Below are positions 1-10,226 of a stretch of 64,000 nucleotides of DNA, piece after piece. The notes under the pieces were generated by a model. It was given only the letters and a program-made list of their open reading frames with translations. It had not been told where the DNA came from and did not search any database. The stretch is taken from contig CAXXMD010000001.1 of the NCBI GenBank assembly GCA_963675755.2, forward strand, positions 160,001-224,000. Direction: 5' to 3'. Numbering within the stretch: position 1 is the stretch's first letter; each line of letters starts with the position of its first letter. This DNA comes from a bacterium. GTDB taxonomy: Bacteria > Zhuqueibacterota > Zhuqueibacteria > Residuimicrobiales > Krinioviventaceae. Position numbers and translations under genes: made by a program.

Positions 1-1176
1 CGTGAAAAAGTTGAACCCATGGAACTTGTTGAAAAATATACACATGCCTATTTTCAGGCAATGGATGCTTTGAACGTTCTAAGGCCAGATATTTCGCCGC
101 ACGCTGCCGCTCATATACCTGAGCAAATAGAGTTTGTCGAAAAGCTTTTGGAAAAAGGATATGCTTACGAGTCTCAGGGCTCTGTATATTTTGATGTTGA
201 AAAATGGCCTAATTACGGAAAGCTTTCGGGACGAAAAGTAGAAGATCAACAAGCGGGTGCCAGAGTAGATGTTTTGGATGAAAAGCGAAATCCCGCAGAT
301 TTTGCGATCTGGAAAAAGGCAGAACCTGAACATATAATGCAGTGGAACAGTCCCTGGAGTAGAGGGTATCCGGGTTGGCATTTGGAATGTTCAGCAATGT
401 CTATGAAATATCTGGGTGAAAGTTTAGATATTCATGGAGGAGGTATGGAAAATCAATTTCCTCATCATGAATGTGAGATAGCACAGAGTGAAGCTTTGAC
501 CGGAAAGTCATTTGTTAAATATTGGATGCATAACAATATGGTTATGGTTGATGGTGTGAAAATGAGTAAATCGCTGGGCAATTTCACTACTGTATCTGAT
601 GCTTTGAGCAAGTTTTCGGGACAACAAATCCGATTCTTTGTAATGCAATCTCATTATAGGAGTCCCGTTGATTTTAGTGATATGGCGATAACTGCTGCCG
701 GCCAGGGGCTTGAAAGGTTGGTCCAAACGGTTAACAATCTTACGGATTATATGGATCGGGTTGTTGACGGCGATGCAAGTGGCGAAATTATAGAAATTGC
801 TGCTGAATATCGTAAGCGATTTGAAGCAGATATGAATGATGATTTTAATACACCCAATGCCATTGGTACCTTGTTTGATTTCAGCAAAGAAATAAACAAG
901 CGAGTGCAGGAGGGAACCCAGGAGACAAAGCAGAGTTTAATGGTACTCAACGAAACATTTACGGATTTGGCTGAAAATGTTTTAGGTTTATCGTTTGAAA
1001 AACAGGAATCGGCTGTTGAAGCAGCGCCATTTATAGATTTATTGCTTGAGATTAGAAGAGAATTGCGCGAAAAAAAAGAATGGCAATTGTCTGACCTGAT
1101 TCGTGACGAGATGCAAAATAGAGGTGTTTTGATTAAGGATGGTAAAGAAAACACATCCTGGAGCGTAAAAAAGTAA
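1..1176 (+). CDS. cysS: Cysteine--tRNA ligase (5'-truncated by window edge)
   Basis: GYPGWHLECSAM, DIHGGG, HHECEIAQSE and KMSKS motifs; frame is open back to base 1, and the HIGH motif lies upstream of the window. Confidence 0.97.
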   Translation, partial: REKVEPMELVEKYTHAYFQAMDALNVLRPDISPHAAAHIPEQIEFVEKLLEKGYAYESQGSVYFDVEKWPNYGKLSGRKVEDQQAGARVDVLDEKRNPADFAIWKKAEPEHIMQWNSPWSRGYPGWHLECSAMSMKYLGESLDIHGGGMENQFPHHECEIAQSEALTGKSFVKYWMHNNMVMVDGVKMSKSLGNFTTVSDALSKFSGQQIRFFVMQSHYRSPVDFSDMAITAAGQGLERLVQTVNNLTDYMDRVVDGDASGEIIEIAAEYRKRFEADMNDDFNTPNAIGTLFDFSKEINKRVQEGTQETKQSLMVLNETFTDLAENVLGLSFEKQESAVEAAPFIDLLLEIRRELREKKEWQLSDLIRDEMQNRGVLIKDGKENTSWSVKK

Positions 1177-1204
1177 AAAAAACTCATAAAATTAAAAAAA
1201 GTAC

Positions 1205-1232
1205 TTGATTTTTCAATAAAATGTTCTAAATT
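1205..1232 (+). promoter_or_regulatory. Putative sigma70 promoter of tRNA-tuf operon
   Basis: TTGATT-N16-TAAATT about 30 nt before tRNA-Thr, with an A-rich upstream element. Confidence 0.6.
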
Positions 1233-1262
1233 AAAAGGCTTGTTAGTTCACGACATTTTGCC

Positions 1263-1335
1263 GCCACCATAGCTCAGCAGGTAGAGCGCCTCACTTGTAA
1301 TGAGGATGTCGCGGGTTCGATTCCTGCTGGTGGCT
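1263..1335 (+). tRNA. tRNA-Thr(TGT)
   Basis: Acceptor GCCACCA/TGGTGGC; anticodon arm CCTCA-CTTGTAA-TGAGG; GTTCGA T-loop; CCA not encoded. Confidence 0.96.
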
Positions 1336-1351
1336 CTCAAGTAATGTGAAC

Positions 1352-1433
1352 GGGGAGGTTCCCGAGCGGTCAAAGGGAACAGACTGTAAATCTGTCGGCG
1401 GCGCCTTCGGAGGTTCGAATCCTCCCCTCCCCA
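1352..1433 (+). tRNA. tRNA-Tyr(GTA)
   Basis: Acceptor GGGGAGG/CCTCCCC; ACAGA-CTGTAAA-TCTGT; long variable arm; GGTTCGAATCC. Confidence 0.96.
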
Positions 1434-1439
1434 CAAAAT

Positions 1440-1490
1440 GATCGGACTCGGAATCTCTACAATCAATTGATGCTGAGCCGATCTTTTTTT
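1440..1490 (+). terminator. Terminator-like hairpin within tRNA cluster
   Basis: GATCGG(A)CTCGG...CTGAGCCGATC followed by a T-run. Confidence 0.5.
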
Positions 1491-1527
1491 GTAACAGCAG
1501 ACAGTAGAGAAGAGAGAACGTTTTTTG

Positions 1528-1601
1528 GCGGGAGTAACTCAGTTGGCTAGAGTCACAGCCTTCCAAGCTGTTGGTCGCGGGTTCGAGTCCCGTCTCCCGC
1601 T
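1528..1601 (+). tRNA. tRNA-Gly(TCC)
   Basis: Acceptor GCGGGAG/CTCCCGC; ACAGC-CTTCCAA-GCTGT. Confidence 0.96.
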
Positions 1602-1611
1602 CGCAAGAGTT

Positions 1612-1684
1612 GCCCACGTAGCTCAGTCGGTAGAGCACATCCTTGGTAAGGATGAGGTCACCAGTTCAATCCTGGTCGTGGGCT
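1612..1684 (+). tRNA. tRNA-Thr(GGT)
   Basis: Acceptor GCCCACG/CGTGGGC; CATCC-TTGGTAA-GGATG. Confidence 0.96.
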
Positions 1685-1744
1685 CTGCAGTAGGAAACGT
1701 TACAAGAAATTGGATTGAATTAATTTAGCTCAAAGGAGCAATTT

Positions 1745-2935
1745 ATGGCAAAGGAAAAGTTTGAGCGAACAAAGCCTCATGTGAATATTGGTACAATTGG
1801 TCACGTAGATCATGGAAAGACCACTTTGACGGCAGCGATTACTCAGACATTGAGCCGTCAGGGACTGGCCCAGGCTAGATCCTATGATGAAATTGACAAT
1901 GCGCCGGAAGAAAAGGCACGTGGTTTAACGATTAATGTGCATCATGCTGAATATGAGAGTAAAAATCGTCATTATGCCCACGTAGACTGTCCGGGTCACG
2001 CTGACTATGTAAAGAATATGGTAACCGGTGCAGCGCAGATGGATGGAGCAATACTGGTAGTTAGCGCGGCAGACGGCCCCATGCCTCAGACTCGTGAGCA
2101 CGTATTGCTTGCCCGTCAGGTAAACGTACCTTATTTGGTAGTATTTTTGAACAAGGCAGATCAGGTAGATGATCCTGAGTTGCTTGAGCTTGTAGAGCTT
2201 GAAGTACGTGAATTGTTGAGCCAGTACGAATTCCCAGGCGATGATATTCCAGTAATAACTGGTAGTGCATTGCAGGCTCTTGAGAATCCGGAAGATGATG
2301 CAAAGATTCAACCGATTCTTGACTTGATGGATGCAGTTGATACTTATATTCCAGAACCGGAACGTGATATTGACAAACCCTTCCTGATGCCGGTAGAAGA
2401 TGTATTCTCAATTACTGGTCGTGGAACTGTAGCAACCGGTCGTATTGAACGCGGTATTGTTAAAGTACAGGAAGAAGTAGAGATCATTGGTCTTGGTTTG
2501 AAGAAAAAGACAGTATGTACCGGCGTTGAAATGTTCCGTAAGCTTTTGGATCAGGGTGAAGCTGGTGATAATGCAGGTCTGTTGCTTCGTGGTGTTGATA
2601 AAGAAGAGATCGTTCGCGGTATGGTAATCGCGAAACCAGGCTCAATTACACCTCACAGAAAATTTCAGGGCGAGGTTTACGTACTGAGTAAAGAAGAGGG
2701 TGGACGTCACACACCATTCTTTAATGGATACCGTCCCCAGTTCTATTTCCGTACCACTGATGTAACTGGTGCAGTAGAACTTCCTGAAGGAACTGAAATG
2801 GTAATGCCCGGCGATAATGTAACTATTACAGGTGAATTGATCACCGATATCGCTATGGAAGAAGGATTGCGTTTTGCTATCCGTGAAGGTGGCCGCACAG
2901 TAGGTGCAGGTGTTGTAACTAAAATTATTGAATAG
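1745..2935 (+). CDS. tuf: Elongation factor Tu (copy 1)
   Basis: [21 protein letters not shown]; AAGGAG RBS; typical position after the tRNA cluster. Confidence 0.99.
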   Translation: MAKEKFERTKPHVNIGTIGHVDHGKTTLTAAITQTLSRQGLAQARSYDEIDNAPEEKARGLTINVHHAEYESKNRHYAHVDCPGHADYVKNMVTGAAQMDGAILVVSAADGPMPQTREHVLLARQVNVPYLVVFLNKADQVDDPELLELVELEVRELLSQYEFPGDDIPVITGSALQALENPEDDAKIQPILDLMDAVDTYIPEPERDIDKPFLMPVEDVFSITGRGTVATGRIERGIVKVQEEVEIIGLGLKKKTVCTGVEMFRKLLDQGEAGDNAGLLLRGVDKEEIVRGMVIAKPGSITPHRKFQGEVYVLSKEEGGRHTPFFNGYRPQFYFRTTDVTGAVELPEGTEMVMPGDNVTITGELITDIAMEEGLRFAIREGGRTVGAGVVTKIIE

Positions 2936-2962
2936 TAACATAAATCTTGTGGATCAATAATA

Positions 2963-3112
2963 ATGAGAGATTTAGTCATATTAGAGTGCACCGAGTGTAA
3001 GCAACGCAATTACACTACTGATAAAAACAAACGGCTTCATACTGGAAGAATTGAACATAAAAAGTATTGCCGTTGGTGTAACAAGCGAACTGTACATAAA
3101 GAAACACGATAG
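2963..3112 (+). CDS. rpmG: 50S ribosomal protein L33 (Zn-ribbon type); not in ORF track
   Basis: Manual translation [49 protein letters not shown]. Confidence 0.95.
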   Translation: MRDLVILECTECKQRNYTTDKNKRLHTGRIEHKKYCRWCNKRTVHKETR

Positions 3113-3121
3113 CTTTGGCTT

Positions 3122-3195
3122 AGGCCTGTAGCACAATTGGCTAGTGCACCGGTCTCCAAAACCGGGGGTTGGGGGTTCGAATCCCTCCAGGCCTG
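3122..3195 (+). tRNA. tRNA-Trp(CCA)
   Basis: Acceptor AGGCCTG/CAGGCCT; CCGGT-CTCCAAA-ACCGG; position before secE. Confidence 0.96.
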
Positions 3196-3242
3196 CTAAG
3201 TAAAGTTTGCTGTTTTATACTAATTAAAAAAAGAGCGGGAAT

Positions 3243-3425
3243 ATGTTTCAAAAGATTAGTAAATTTCTTAAAGATGTGAATTCAGAAATGTCCAAAGTGA
3301 GTTGGCCATCCCGCCAGGAATTAAAAGGTTCTACAATTGTAGTGATTGTTGTAACCTTTTTCTTTGCAGCATTTATTTTTCTGATTGATCATGTTTTGTC
3401 ACGGTTGATTAATATTATTTATTAA
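3243..3425 (+). CDS. secE: Preprotein translocase SecE
   Basis: EMSKVSWPSR motif plus one TM helix; synteny. Confidence 0.95.
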   Translation: MFQKISKFLKDVNSEMSKVSWPSRQELKGSTIVVIVVTFFFAAFIFLIDHVLSRLINIIY

Positions 3426-3478
3426 CCTACTGATAAGAATCAAACGGCTATAAGCAAAAAAAGGATCAGGCTAATATC

Positions 3479-4021
3479 TTGGAAGATCACGACGATTTAA
3501 AATGGTACGCTATACATGTTTTGTCCGGACATGAAAAGAAGGTAAAATTGTACCTTGAAAATGAAATTCGGCATAACAATCTTGAAGAAAAGATAGAAAA
3601 GATCTTGATTCCTTCAGAAGAGATTACTGAAATGAAGGATGGAAAGAAGCGTACGCGTACAAAAATTATGTTTCCTGGCTATATGCTGATTAACATGGCG
3701 TTTGATAAAAATACGCGTCACCTTGTACTAAATACGCCAGGTGTTACAAATTTCGTAGGCAAGAAAAATGAGCCTGTAGCATTGCGTCCTGATGAGGTTG
3801 ACCGGATCATTGGAAAGGTTGAAGGAACTGATAAAGATCGTTCACAAGTACCTTTTCATGTTGGAGATCCAATTAAGGTTGTTGACGGACCTTTTACTGA
3901 TTTCACAGGTTTTGTTGAAGAAGTCAGTGAAGAAAAAAATAAAGTCAAAGTTATGGTTAGTATATTTGGACGTTCAACTCCTGTTGAACTTGATTTTTTA
4001 CAAATTGAACTGGAATCGTAG
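3479..4021 (+). CDS. nusG: Transcription factor NusG
   Basis: [18 protein letters not shown] domain, [10 protein letters not shown]; TTG start. Confidence 0.97.
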   Translation: MEDHDDLKWYAIHVLSGHEKKVKLYLENEIRHNNLEEKIEKILIPSEEITEMKDGKKRTRTKIMFPGYMLINMAFDKNTRHLVLNTPGVTNFVGKKNEPVALRPDEVDRIIGKVEGTDKDRSQVPFHVGDPIKVVDGPFTDFTGFVEEVSEEKNKVKVMVSIFGRSTPVELDFLQIELES

Positions 4022-4032
4022 GAAAAGTTATT

Positions 4033-4458
4033 ATGGCAAAGAAAGTAACAGGCTTGATTAAACTTCAAATTCCTGCTGGTAGCGCCAATCCGTCACCCCC
4101 TGTGGGTCCTGCTCTTGGTCAGCATGGCGTAAATATCATGGAATTTTGTAAAGCCTTTAATGCAAAAACCCAGGACCGTCAGGGATTGATTATTCCTGTT
4201 GTTATAACTGTATATGCAGATCATTCATTTACTTTTATTACAAAGACTCCTCCAGCTGCGGTATTGTTGAAAAAGGCTGCAGGACTGGCAAAAGGTTCCG
4301 GTGTGCCAAACAAAGATAAGGTTGGCAAAGTAACTAGAGATCAGGTTAAAGAAATTGCTGAAACAAAAATGGAAGACCTGAACGCAAATGATGTTGAAAT
4401 GGCTATGCGTATGATTGAAGGCACAGCCAGAAGTATGGGAATATTGGTTGAAGGATAA
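4033..4458 (+). CDS. rplK: 50S ribosomal protein L11
   Basis: [15 protein letters not shown]. Confidence 0.98.
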   Translation: MAKKVTGLIKLQIPAGSANPSPPVGPALGQHGVNIMEFCKAFNAKTQDRQGLIIPVVITVYADHSFTFITKTPPAAVLLKKAAGLAKGSGVPNKDKVGKVTRDQVKEIAETKMEDLNANDVEMAMRMIEGTARSMGILVEG

Positions 4459-4503
4459 ATAGATTGTTCTATTTGTCCAATTTGAAACCGTTTTGGAGAT
4501 AAA

Positions 4504-5199
4504 ATGAAACACAGTAAACGATTCAATGAAGCATTGTCCGGTGTCGATCGTTCTGTACTTTATCCGTTAACTGAAGCTGTAGTTAAACTTAAAAATGCAC
4601 CATCAGTTAAGTTTGATGAAAGTGTTGAAATCAGTGTTCGGTTAGGTGTTGATCCTCGTAAAGCGGACCAGATGGTACGCGGCAGTGTAATGCTTCCGAG
4701 TGGAACAGGGAAAAATGTTCGCGTGCTGGTTTTGACAAAAGGTGACAAAGAAAAAGAAGCACAAGAAGCAGGCGCTGACTATGTTGGTGCAGAAGATTTG
4801 ATCGAAAAGATACAGGGTGGTTGGTTCGATTTTGATGTAGTTATTGCAACACCTGATATTATGGGACAAGTTGGTAAGCTGGGCCGAGTTTTGGGACCAC
4901 GTGGTTTAATGCCCAATCCCAAAATCGGTACCGTGACATTTGAAGTTGCTAAAGCCGTTGAAGATTCAAAGGCTGGTAAGGTTGATTTTAGGGTAGACAA
5001 GTACGGCAATGTACACTCGCTGGTTGGTAAAAAATCCTTTAGTGATTCTCAATTGCTTGAAAATATTCGAGCATTTATGGATACAATACAAAGGATGAAA
5101 CCTTCTACCGCAAAAGGCGTTTATATTAAAAATATCACCATATCCAGTACAATGGGTCCCGGTGTTAAAGTTGACAAAAGCACATTAAATGAATCATAG
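4504..5199 (+). CDS. rplA: 50S ribosomal protein L1
   Basis: [24 protein letters not shown]. Confidence 0.98.
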   Translation: MKHSKRFNEALSGVDRSVLYPLTEAVVKLKNAPSVKFDESVEISVRLGVDPRKADQMVRGSVMLPSGTGKNVRVLVLTKGDKEKEAQEAGADYVGAEDLIEKIQGGWFDFDVVIATPDIMGQVGKLGRVLGPRGLMPNPKIGTVTFEVAKAVEDSKAGKVDFRVDKYGNVHSLVGKKSFSDSQLLENIRAFMDTIQRMKPSTAKGVYIKNITISSTMGPGVKVDKSTLNES

Positions 5200-5234
5200 A
5201 ACAAGTATTTGATTCAAATAGGAAGTGAAATACA

Positions 5235-5753
5235 ATGCCACAGCCAGAAAAAATTTTAAAAGTTGAAGAGCTTAGCGAAACGCTTGGCAATGCAAAAAGC
5301 ATTTTCATGACAGATTTCTCAGGTCTTTCCGTTGAAGATATGACTAAACTAAGACGGGAATTGAGAAAAGTAGATGTCAGCTTTATTGTAGTGAAAAACA
5401 AATTGGCTAAATTGTCTGCTGAAAAAGTTGGTTTGGAAAAAATGAATGATTTTCTAACCGGACCAACTGGACTTGCAATTGCAAATGACGATCCTGTAGC
5501 ACCGGTGAGAGTTATTTACAATTTTGCCAAAGACAAGAAAAAGCCAGAAATAAAAGCAGCTGTTCTTGAAGGTCAGTTTTTAGATCAAAAAGCTGCAGAA
5601 GAAGTTAGAAACATACCTACTCGTGAAGAGTTGTTGGCCAAGGTTGTTGGTGGAATTTCATCTCCACTTTACGGATTGGTTGGCGGTTTGAATTCAATGT
5701 TGAGCAAGCTTGTTTATACGCTTGACGCAATTCGAGAAAAAAAAGAAGAATAG
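5235..5753 (+). CDS. rplJ: 50S ribosomal protein L10
   Basis: DFSGLSV, VVKN, GPTGLA, PTREELLA; synteny. Confidence 0.96.
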   Translation: MPQPEKILKVEELSETLGNAKSIFMTDFSGLSVEDMTKLRRELRKVDVSFIVVKNKLAKLSAEKVGLEKMNDFLTGPTGLAIANDDPVAPVRVIYNFAKDKKKPEIKAAVLEGQFLDQKAAEEVRNIPTREELLAKVVGGISSPLYGLVGGLNSMLSKLVYTLDAIREKKEE

Positions 5754-5790
5754 AATAGTATAATAGATTTAACCCTAACGGGAGGACAAA

Positions 5791-6228
5791 ATGCCCGAAA
5801 AAGAAGAAGCCACAGTTGATCAGGAAACTACTGCTGTAGTTACAGATGAAAAAGTAGAAGAGATCATCAAAGCGATTGAAGAAATGAGCGTTCTTCAGTT
5901 GTCAAAACTTGTTAAAGCTCTTGAAGACAAATTTGGTGTAACTGCTGCAGCTCCTGTTGCTATTGCTGCTGGTCCTGCTGCTGCTGGTCCTGCTGCTGAT
6001 GCTCCTGCAGAAGAACAAACCGAATTTGATGTTGTACTGAAATCAGCAGGCTCTAATAAAATCCAGGTAATCAAAGTAGTTCGTGGAATTACAAGCCTTG
6101 GTTTAAAAGAAGCTAAAGACCTTGTTGACGGTGCACCAAGCAATGTAAAAGAACAGGTTTCCAAAGAAGAAGCAGATGATATAAAGGCCAAGTTGGAAGA
6201 AGTTGGCGCTGAAATTGAAATCAAGTAA
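5791..6228 (+). CDS. rplL: 50S ribosomal protein L7/L12
   Basis: [29 protein letters not shown]; GGAGG RBS. Confidence 0.98.
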   Translation: MPEKEEATVDQETTAVVTDEKVEEIIKAIEEMSVLQLSKLVKALEDKFGVTAAAPVAIAAGPAAAGPAADAPAEEQTEFDVVLKSAGSNKIQVIKVVRGITSLGLKEAKDLVDGAPSNVKEQVSKEEADDIKAKLEEVGAEIEIK

Positions 6229-6250
6229 TTCTTCAAAATTGCCAAATATT

Positions 6251-6295
6251 AAAAAAAGCCGGGCTAAAGACGTACGTCCTTAGCTCGGTTTTTTT
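6251..6295 (+). terminator. Intrinsic terminator/attenuator between rplL and rpoB
   Basis: A7-GCCGGGCTAA...TTAGCTCGG-T7. Confidence 0.8.
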
Positions 6296-6333
6296 AAGTA
6301 TTAAAACATATATTTTTGAAAGGATGTGATTCT

Positions 6334-9300
6334 TTGGCCGTTCGTCCAAAAAGAGAAAGAAAGACATTTGCCCAAATCAAGCCGGTCTCAGAGTTACCGG
6401 ACTTGTTGGATGTGCAATTGAAATCTTTTCGAGATTTCTTGCAGCATGATGTATCACCGGAACAACGCAAAGATCAGGGATTGCAGGCTGTTTTTACAGG
6501 TATTTTTCCAATTGTAGACAGTCGTGAAAATTTTGAATTAGAGTTTATCGAATACTATATAGATCCCCCAAAATACAATGTTGATGAGTGTCAGGAGAGA
6601 GGTACAACTTTTTCCGTCGCTTTGAAAGCTAAATTGCGTTTATCCATCAAAGATGAATATGATCAAAATAATCCTCTGGCTAATTCAATTGAGCAGGATG
6701 TTTATCTTGGTAATATTCCTGCTATGACAAACAGAGGTACGTTCATCATAAATGGTGCAGAGCGAATCATTGTTAGTCAATTGCATCGTTCTCCCGGTGT
6801 GTTTTTTGATGAAATTATCCACCCCAATGGCACAAAGTTGTATTCCGCAAGAATTATCCCACTACGTGGATCCTGGATAGAGTTTACAACAGATATTTAC
6901 GATCTTATGAATGTTTTTATTGATCGTAGAAAAAAATTCCTTGCCACAACCTTGTTACGTGCAATTGGTTATTCTTCTGATCGTGAAATTCTTGAAGCAT
7001 TTGATTTAATACAGACACTTGAAATTGCTAAAATCTCTGATGACGATATTGTTGGAACAAAGGTAATTGATGATGTTATTGATGTTGAAACCGGCGAAGT
7101 CATTATAGATAAATATGGTGAAATTGAAGAAGATAGAATACAATTGATTAAAGATCTTGGTATTAAATCTGTTGAAGTTTTGAAAACAGACAAGATTTTT
7201 GGTCAAGATATTGTTAGTAATACATTACAAAAAGATCCTACCAATTCACAAGCTGAAGCATTGGATCTTATTTACAGACAACTTCGTTCAGGTGAACCAC
7301 CTGATACCGATACCGCAAAAATGTTGATTGAACGCCTTTTCTTTAATCCAAAACGTTACGAGTTGGGTGAAGTAGGGCGTCATCGTTTGAATCGTAAATT
7401 GGGAATTGACATTGACGCGGATAACGTTGCCCTTACACGTGAAGATATATTGGGTATTATTGGATACCTGTTGGATTTACGTTTGGGACGTAAAACTGCT
7501 GATGATATTGACCATTTGGGTAACCGTCGTGTTCGTACAGTAGGTGAACAACTGTCAGCCCAAATGAGTGTAGGTCTTGCCAGAATGGCACGCACCATTA
7601 AAGAAAGAATGAACCTGCGTGAAAGTGAAAATCCAACTCCACAGGATTTGGTAAATGCAAGAACCATTCTTTCTGTCATTAATACATTTTTCGGTACAAG
7701 TCAGTTGTCGCAATTTATGGATCAAACCAATCCACTTGCAGAGATGACTCATAAACGTCGTCTTTCTGCGTTGGGACCAGGCGGTTTGACTCGTGAGCGT
7801 GCGGGCTTTGAAGTTCGAGATGTTCACTATACTCATTATGGCCGTTTGTGCCCTATTGAAACGCCTGAAGGACCTAATATTGGTTTGATTTCATCGTTAA
7901 CTACTTTTTCCCGCATTAACGATTTTGGTTTTCTTGAAGCGCCCTATCGTGTAGTTGAAGATGGAGTTGCTACCAATAAAATCGATTATCTGACTGCAGA
8001 TGAAGAAGAAAAGCACATTATTGCTCAGGCAAATGCACCCTTGGATGAAAAAGGTGCTTTTGTTAATGATAAGGTGAAATGTCGTCATCGTGGTGAATTT
8101 CCATTATCTTCCCCAGAAGAAATTAAATATATGGATGTATCACCCAACCAGATAGTTTCAGCAGCAGCCGCTTTGATTCCATTCCTTGAACATGATGATG
8201 CAAACCGTGCATTAATGGGATCAAACATGCAACGTCAGGCAGTACCTTTGCTGGTACCTGAGGCACCTATGGTAGGTACCGGAATGGAAGGAAAGGTTGC
8301 CAAAGATTCACGTGCTGTTATATCATGTGATGTTGATGGTGTTGTTGAATATGTTGATGCTAAAAAGATTGTTATTCGCAAGACTATTAGTAAAGACCAG
8401 GTAAATGAATTAGATCAGTTGCTTGATTTTGATCAATCTGATTTATATACATACAAGCTGACAAAGTTCAAACGTACCAACCAGGATACATGTATAAACC
8501 AAAGACCTATTGTTGATTTAGGTCAGGTTGTTAAGAAAGGTGAAGTTATTGCTGATGGTGCTTCTACGGACCATGGTGAACTTGCTTTAGGACGCAACGT
8601 TTTGGTTGCATTTATGCCCTGGAGAGGTTACAACTTTGAGGATGCTATTGTTATTTCTGAACGTGTTGTACGTGATGATGTATATACATCCATTCATATT
8701 GAAGAGTTTGAACTGCAGGTACGAGATACAAAACGTGGCGAAGAAGAACTCACACGTGAAATTCCCAATGTCAGTGAAGAAGCTACCCGAGATCTCGATG
8801 AAAATGGTATCATCCGGGTTGGTGCTTCAGTACAAGCTGGTGATATTTTAGTTGGTAAAGTTACTCCGAAAGGTGAGACTGATCCTACACCTGAAGAAAA
8901 GTTGCTTAAAGCAATTTTTGGTGAAAAAGCTGGTGATGTGAAAGATGCTTCTTTGAAAGGTTCACCTGGATTAAAAGGTGTAGTAATTGATACCAACTTG
9001 TTCTCCAGAAAGAAAAAAGATTCTGCAACCAAAAAGAAAGACAAAGCTGATCTTGAAGCATTGGATGCTTGGCTTGAAAAATCAAGAAATCAGGCTTATG
9101 CTATGCGGATTGAAAAACTTTCAGCAGTTTTGTTGTCTAAAACGGTTGATCAAATTCGTGATATTGAATCCGGTAAAGTTATTGTAAAAGCTAATACCGT
9201 TTTAAATGAACGCAATTTGGAAAAAATTGATTTTGATAAAGTTGATTATTCTTATACGCTTACAACAGATGAAGAAACCAACTCTTTGATTAATCAAGTT

Positions 9301-10158
9301 GTATCTCGCTATAAAAAGAAACTCAAAGACATTGATAATGAATATGAACTGAACAAGTTCAAGGTTGTAGTTGGTGATGAATTACCTCCAGGTATCACTC
9401 AACTGGCCAAAGTTTATGTTGCTAAAAAACGTAAACTCATGGTTGGTGATAAAATGGCTGGTCGTCATGGTAACAAGGGTGTTGTTTCGAACATTGTTCC
9501 CATGGAAGATATGCCCTACCTGCCAGATGGCACTCCAGTGGATATTGTATTGAATCCTCTTGGTGTACCTTCTCGTATGAACTTGGGTCAGATATTGGAA
9601 ACAAACCTTGGCTGGGCTGCTGAAAAGCTGGGTTGTAACTTTGCTACACCGGTATTTGATGGTGCTTCACTTCAACAGATTGAAGATAAAATGGTTGAAG
9701 CTGGATTGCCCGCTCATGGTAAAACAAGGTTATTTGACGGAAGATCAGGTGAACCTTTTGATGAAGAAGTTACAGTTGGAAAGATTTATATGCTGAAACT
9801 TTCTCACTTGGTTGAAGACAAGATCCATGCCCGTTCTATTGGACCGTACTCTTTGATTACACAACAACCTCTTGGTGGTAAGGCTCAATTTGGTGGTCAA
9901 CGTTTTGGAGAAATGGAAGTCTGGGCGCTCGAAGCTTATGGAGCTGCATACACATTACAAGAAATCTTGACTGTCAAGAGTGATGATGTTCGTGGACGTT
10001 CCAAAACTTATGAAGCCATTGTTAAAGGTGAAAATATTCCTGAACCTGGTTTACCTGAATCATTTAATGTATTGATTCGTGAATTGCAGGGATTGGGATT
10101 GGATGTACAACTGCTTAATGAAAAACAAAAACCGAAAACAGTTGGTACACAATCATAA
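6334..10158 (+). CDS. rpoB: RNA polymerase beta subunit (TTG at 6334 preferred; 6316 alternative)
   Basis: [38 protein letters not shown]. Confidence 0.99.
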   Translation: MAVRPKRERKTFAQIKPVSELPDLLDVQLKSFRDFLQHDVSPEQRKDQGLQAVFTGIFPIVDSRENFELEFIEYYIDPPKYNVDECQERGTTFSVALKAKLRLSIKDEYDQNNPLANSIEQDVYLGNIPAMTNRGTFIINGAERIIVSQLHRSPGVFFDEIIHPNGTKLYSARIIPLRGSWIEFTTDIYDLMNVFIDRRKKFLATTLLRAIGYSSDREILEAFDLIQTLEIAKISDDDIVGTKVIDDVIDVETGEVIIDKYGEIEEDRIQLIKDLGIKSVEVLKTDKIFGQDIVSNTLQKDPTNSQAEALDLIYRQLRSGEPPDTDTAKMLIERLFFNPKRYELGEVGRHRLNRKLGIDIDADNVALTREDILGIIGYLLDLRLGRKTADDIDHLGNRRVRTVGEQLSAQMSVGLARMARTIKERMNLRESENPTPQDLVNARTILSVINTFFGTSQLSQFMDQTNPLAEMTHKRRLSALGPGGLTRERAGFEVRDVHYTHYGRLCPIETPEGPNIGLISSLTTFSRINDFGFLEAPYRVVEDGVATNKIDYLTADEEEKHIIAQANAPLDEKGAFVNDKVKCRHRGEFPLSSPEEIKYMDVSPNQIVSAAAALIPFLEHDDANRALMGSNMQRQAVPLLVPEAPMVGTGMEGKVAKDSRAVISCDVDGVVEYVDAKKIVIRKTISKDQVNELDQLLDFDQSDLYTYKLTKFKRTNQDTCINQRPIVDLGQVVKKGEVIADGASTDHGELALGRNVLVAFMPWRGYNFEDAIVISERVVRDDVYTSIHIEEFELQVRDTKRGEEELTREIPNVSEEATRDLDENGIIRVGASVQAGDILVGKVTPKGETDPTPEEKLLKAIFGEKAGDVKDASLKGSPGLKGVVIDTNLFSRKKKDSATKKKDKADLEALDAWLEKSRNQAYAMRIEKLSAVLLSKTVDQIRDIESGKVIVKANTVLNERNLEKIDFDKVDYSYTLTTDEETNSLINQVVSRYKKKLKDIDNEYELNKFKVVVGDELPPGITQLAKVYVAKKRKLMVGDKMAGRHGNKGVVSNIVPMEDMPYLPDGTPVDIVLNPLGVPSRMNLGQILETNLGWAAEKLGCNFATPVFDGASLQQIEDKMVEAGLPAHGKTRLFDGRSGEPFDEEVTVGKIYMLKLSHLVEDKIHARSIGPYSLITQQPLGGKAQFGGQRFGEMEVWALEAYGAAYTLQEILTVKSDDVRGRSKTYEAIVKGENIPEPGLPESFNVLIRELQGLGLDVQLLNEKQKPKTVGTQS

Positions 10159-10226
10159 TAAAGTAGAAAATGCCGAATTGCCTGCAAAGGTATACCAGGC
10201 TCAACAATAGAGTTTGGAGGTGAATT

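Noticed and set aside
1248-1728. ORFs 1248..1466(-), 1291..1638(-) and 1525..1728(+)
   Set aside because: They overlap four clear tRNA genes and are typical spurious tRNA-shadow ORFs
5200-5234. L10 leader before rplJ
   Set aside because: The spacer is only 35 nt, with no convincing stem
10165-10225. GCCTG/CAGGC hairpin between rpoB and rpoC
   Set aside because: A 5-bp stem with no U-tract; not distinguishable from chance
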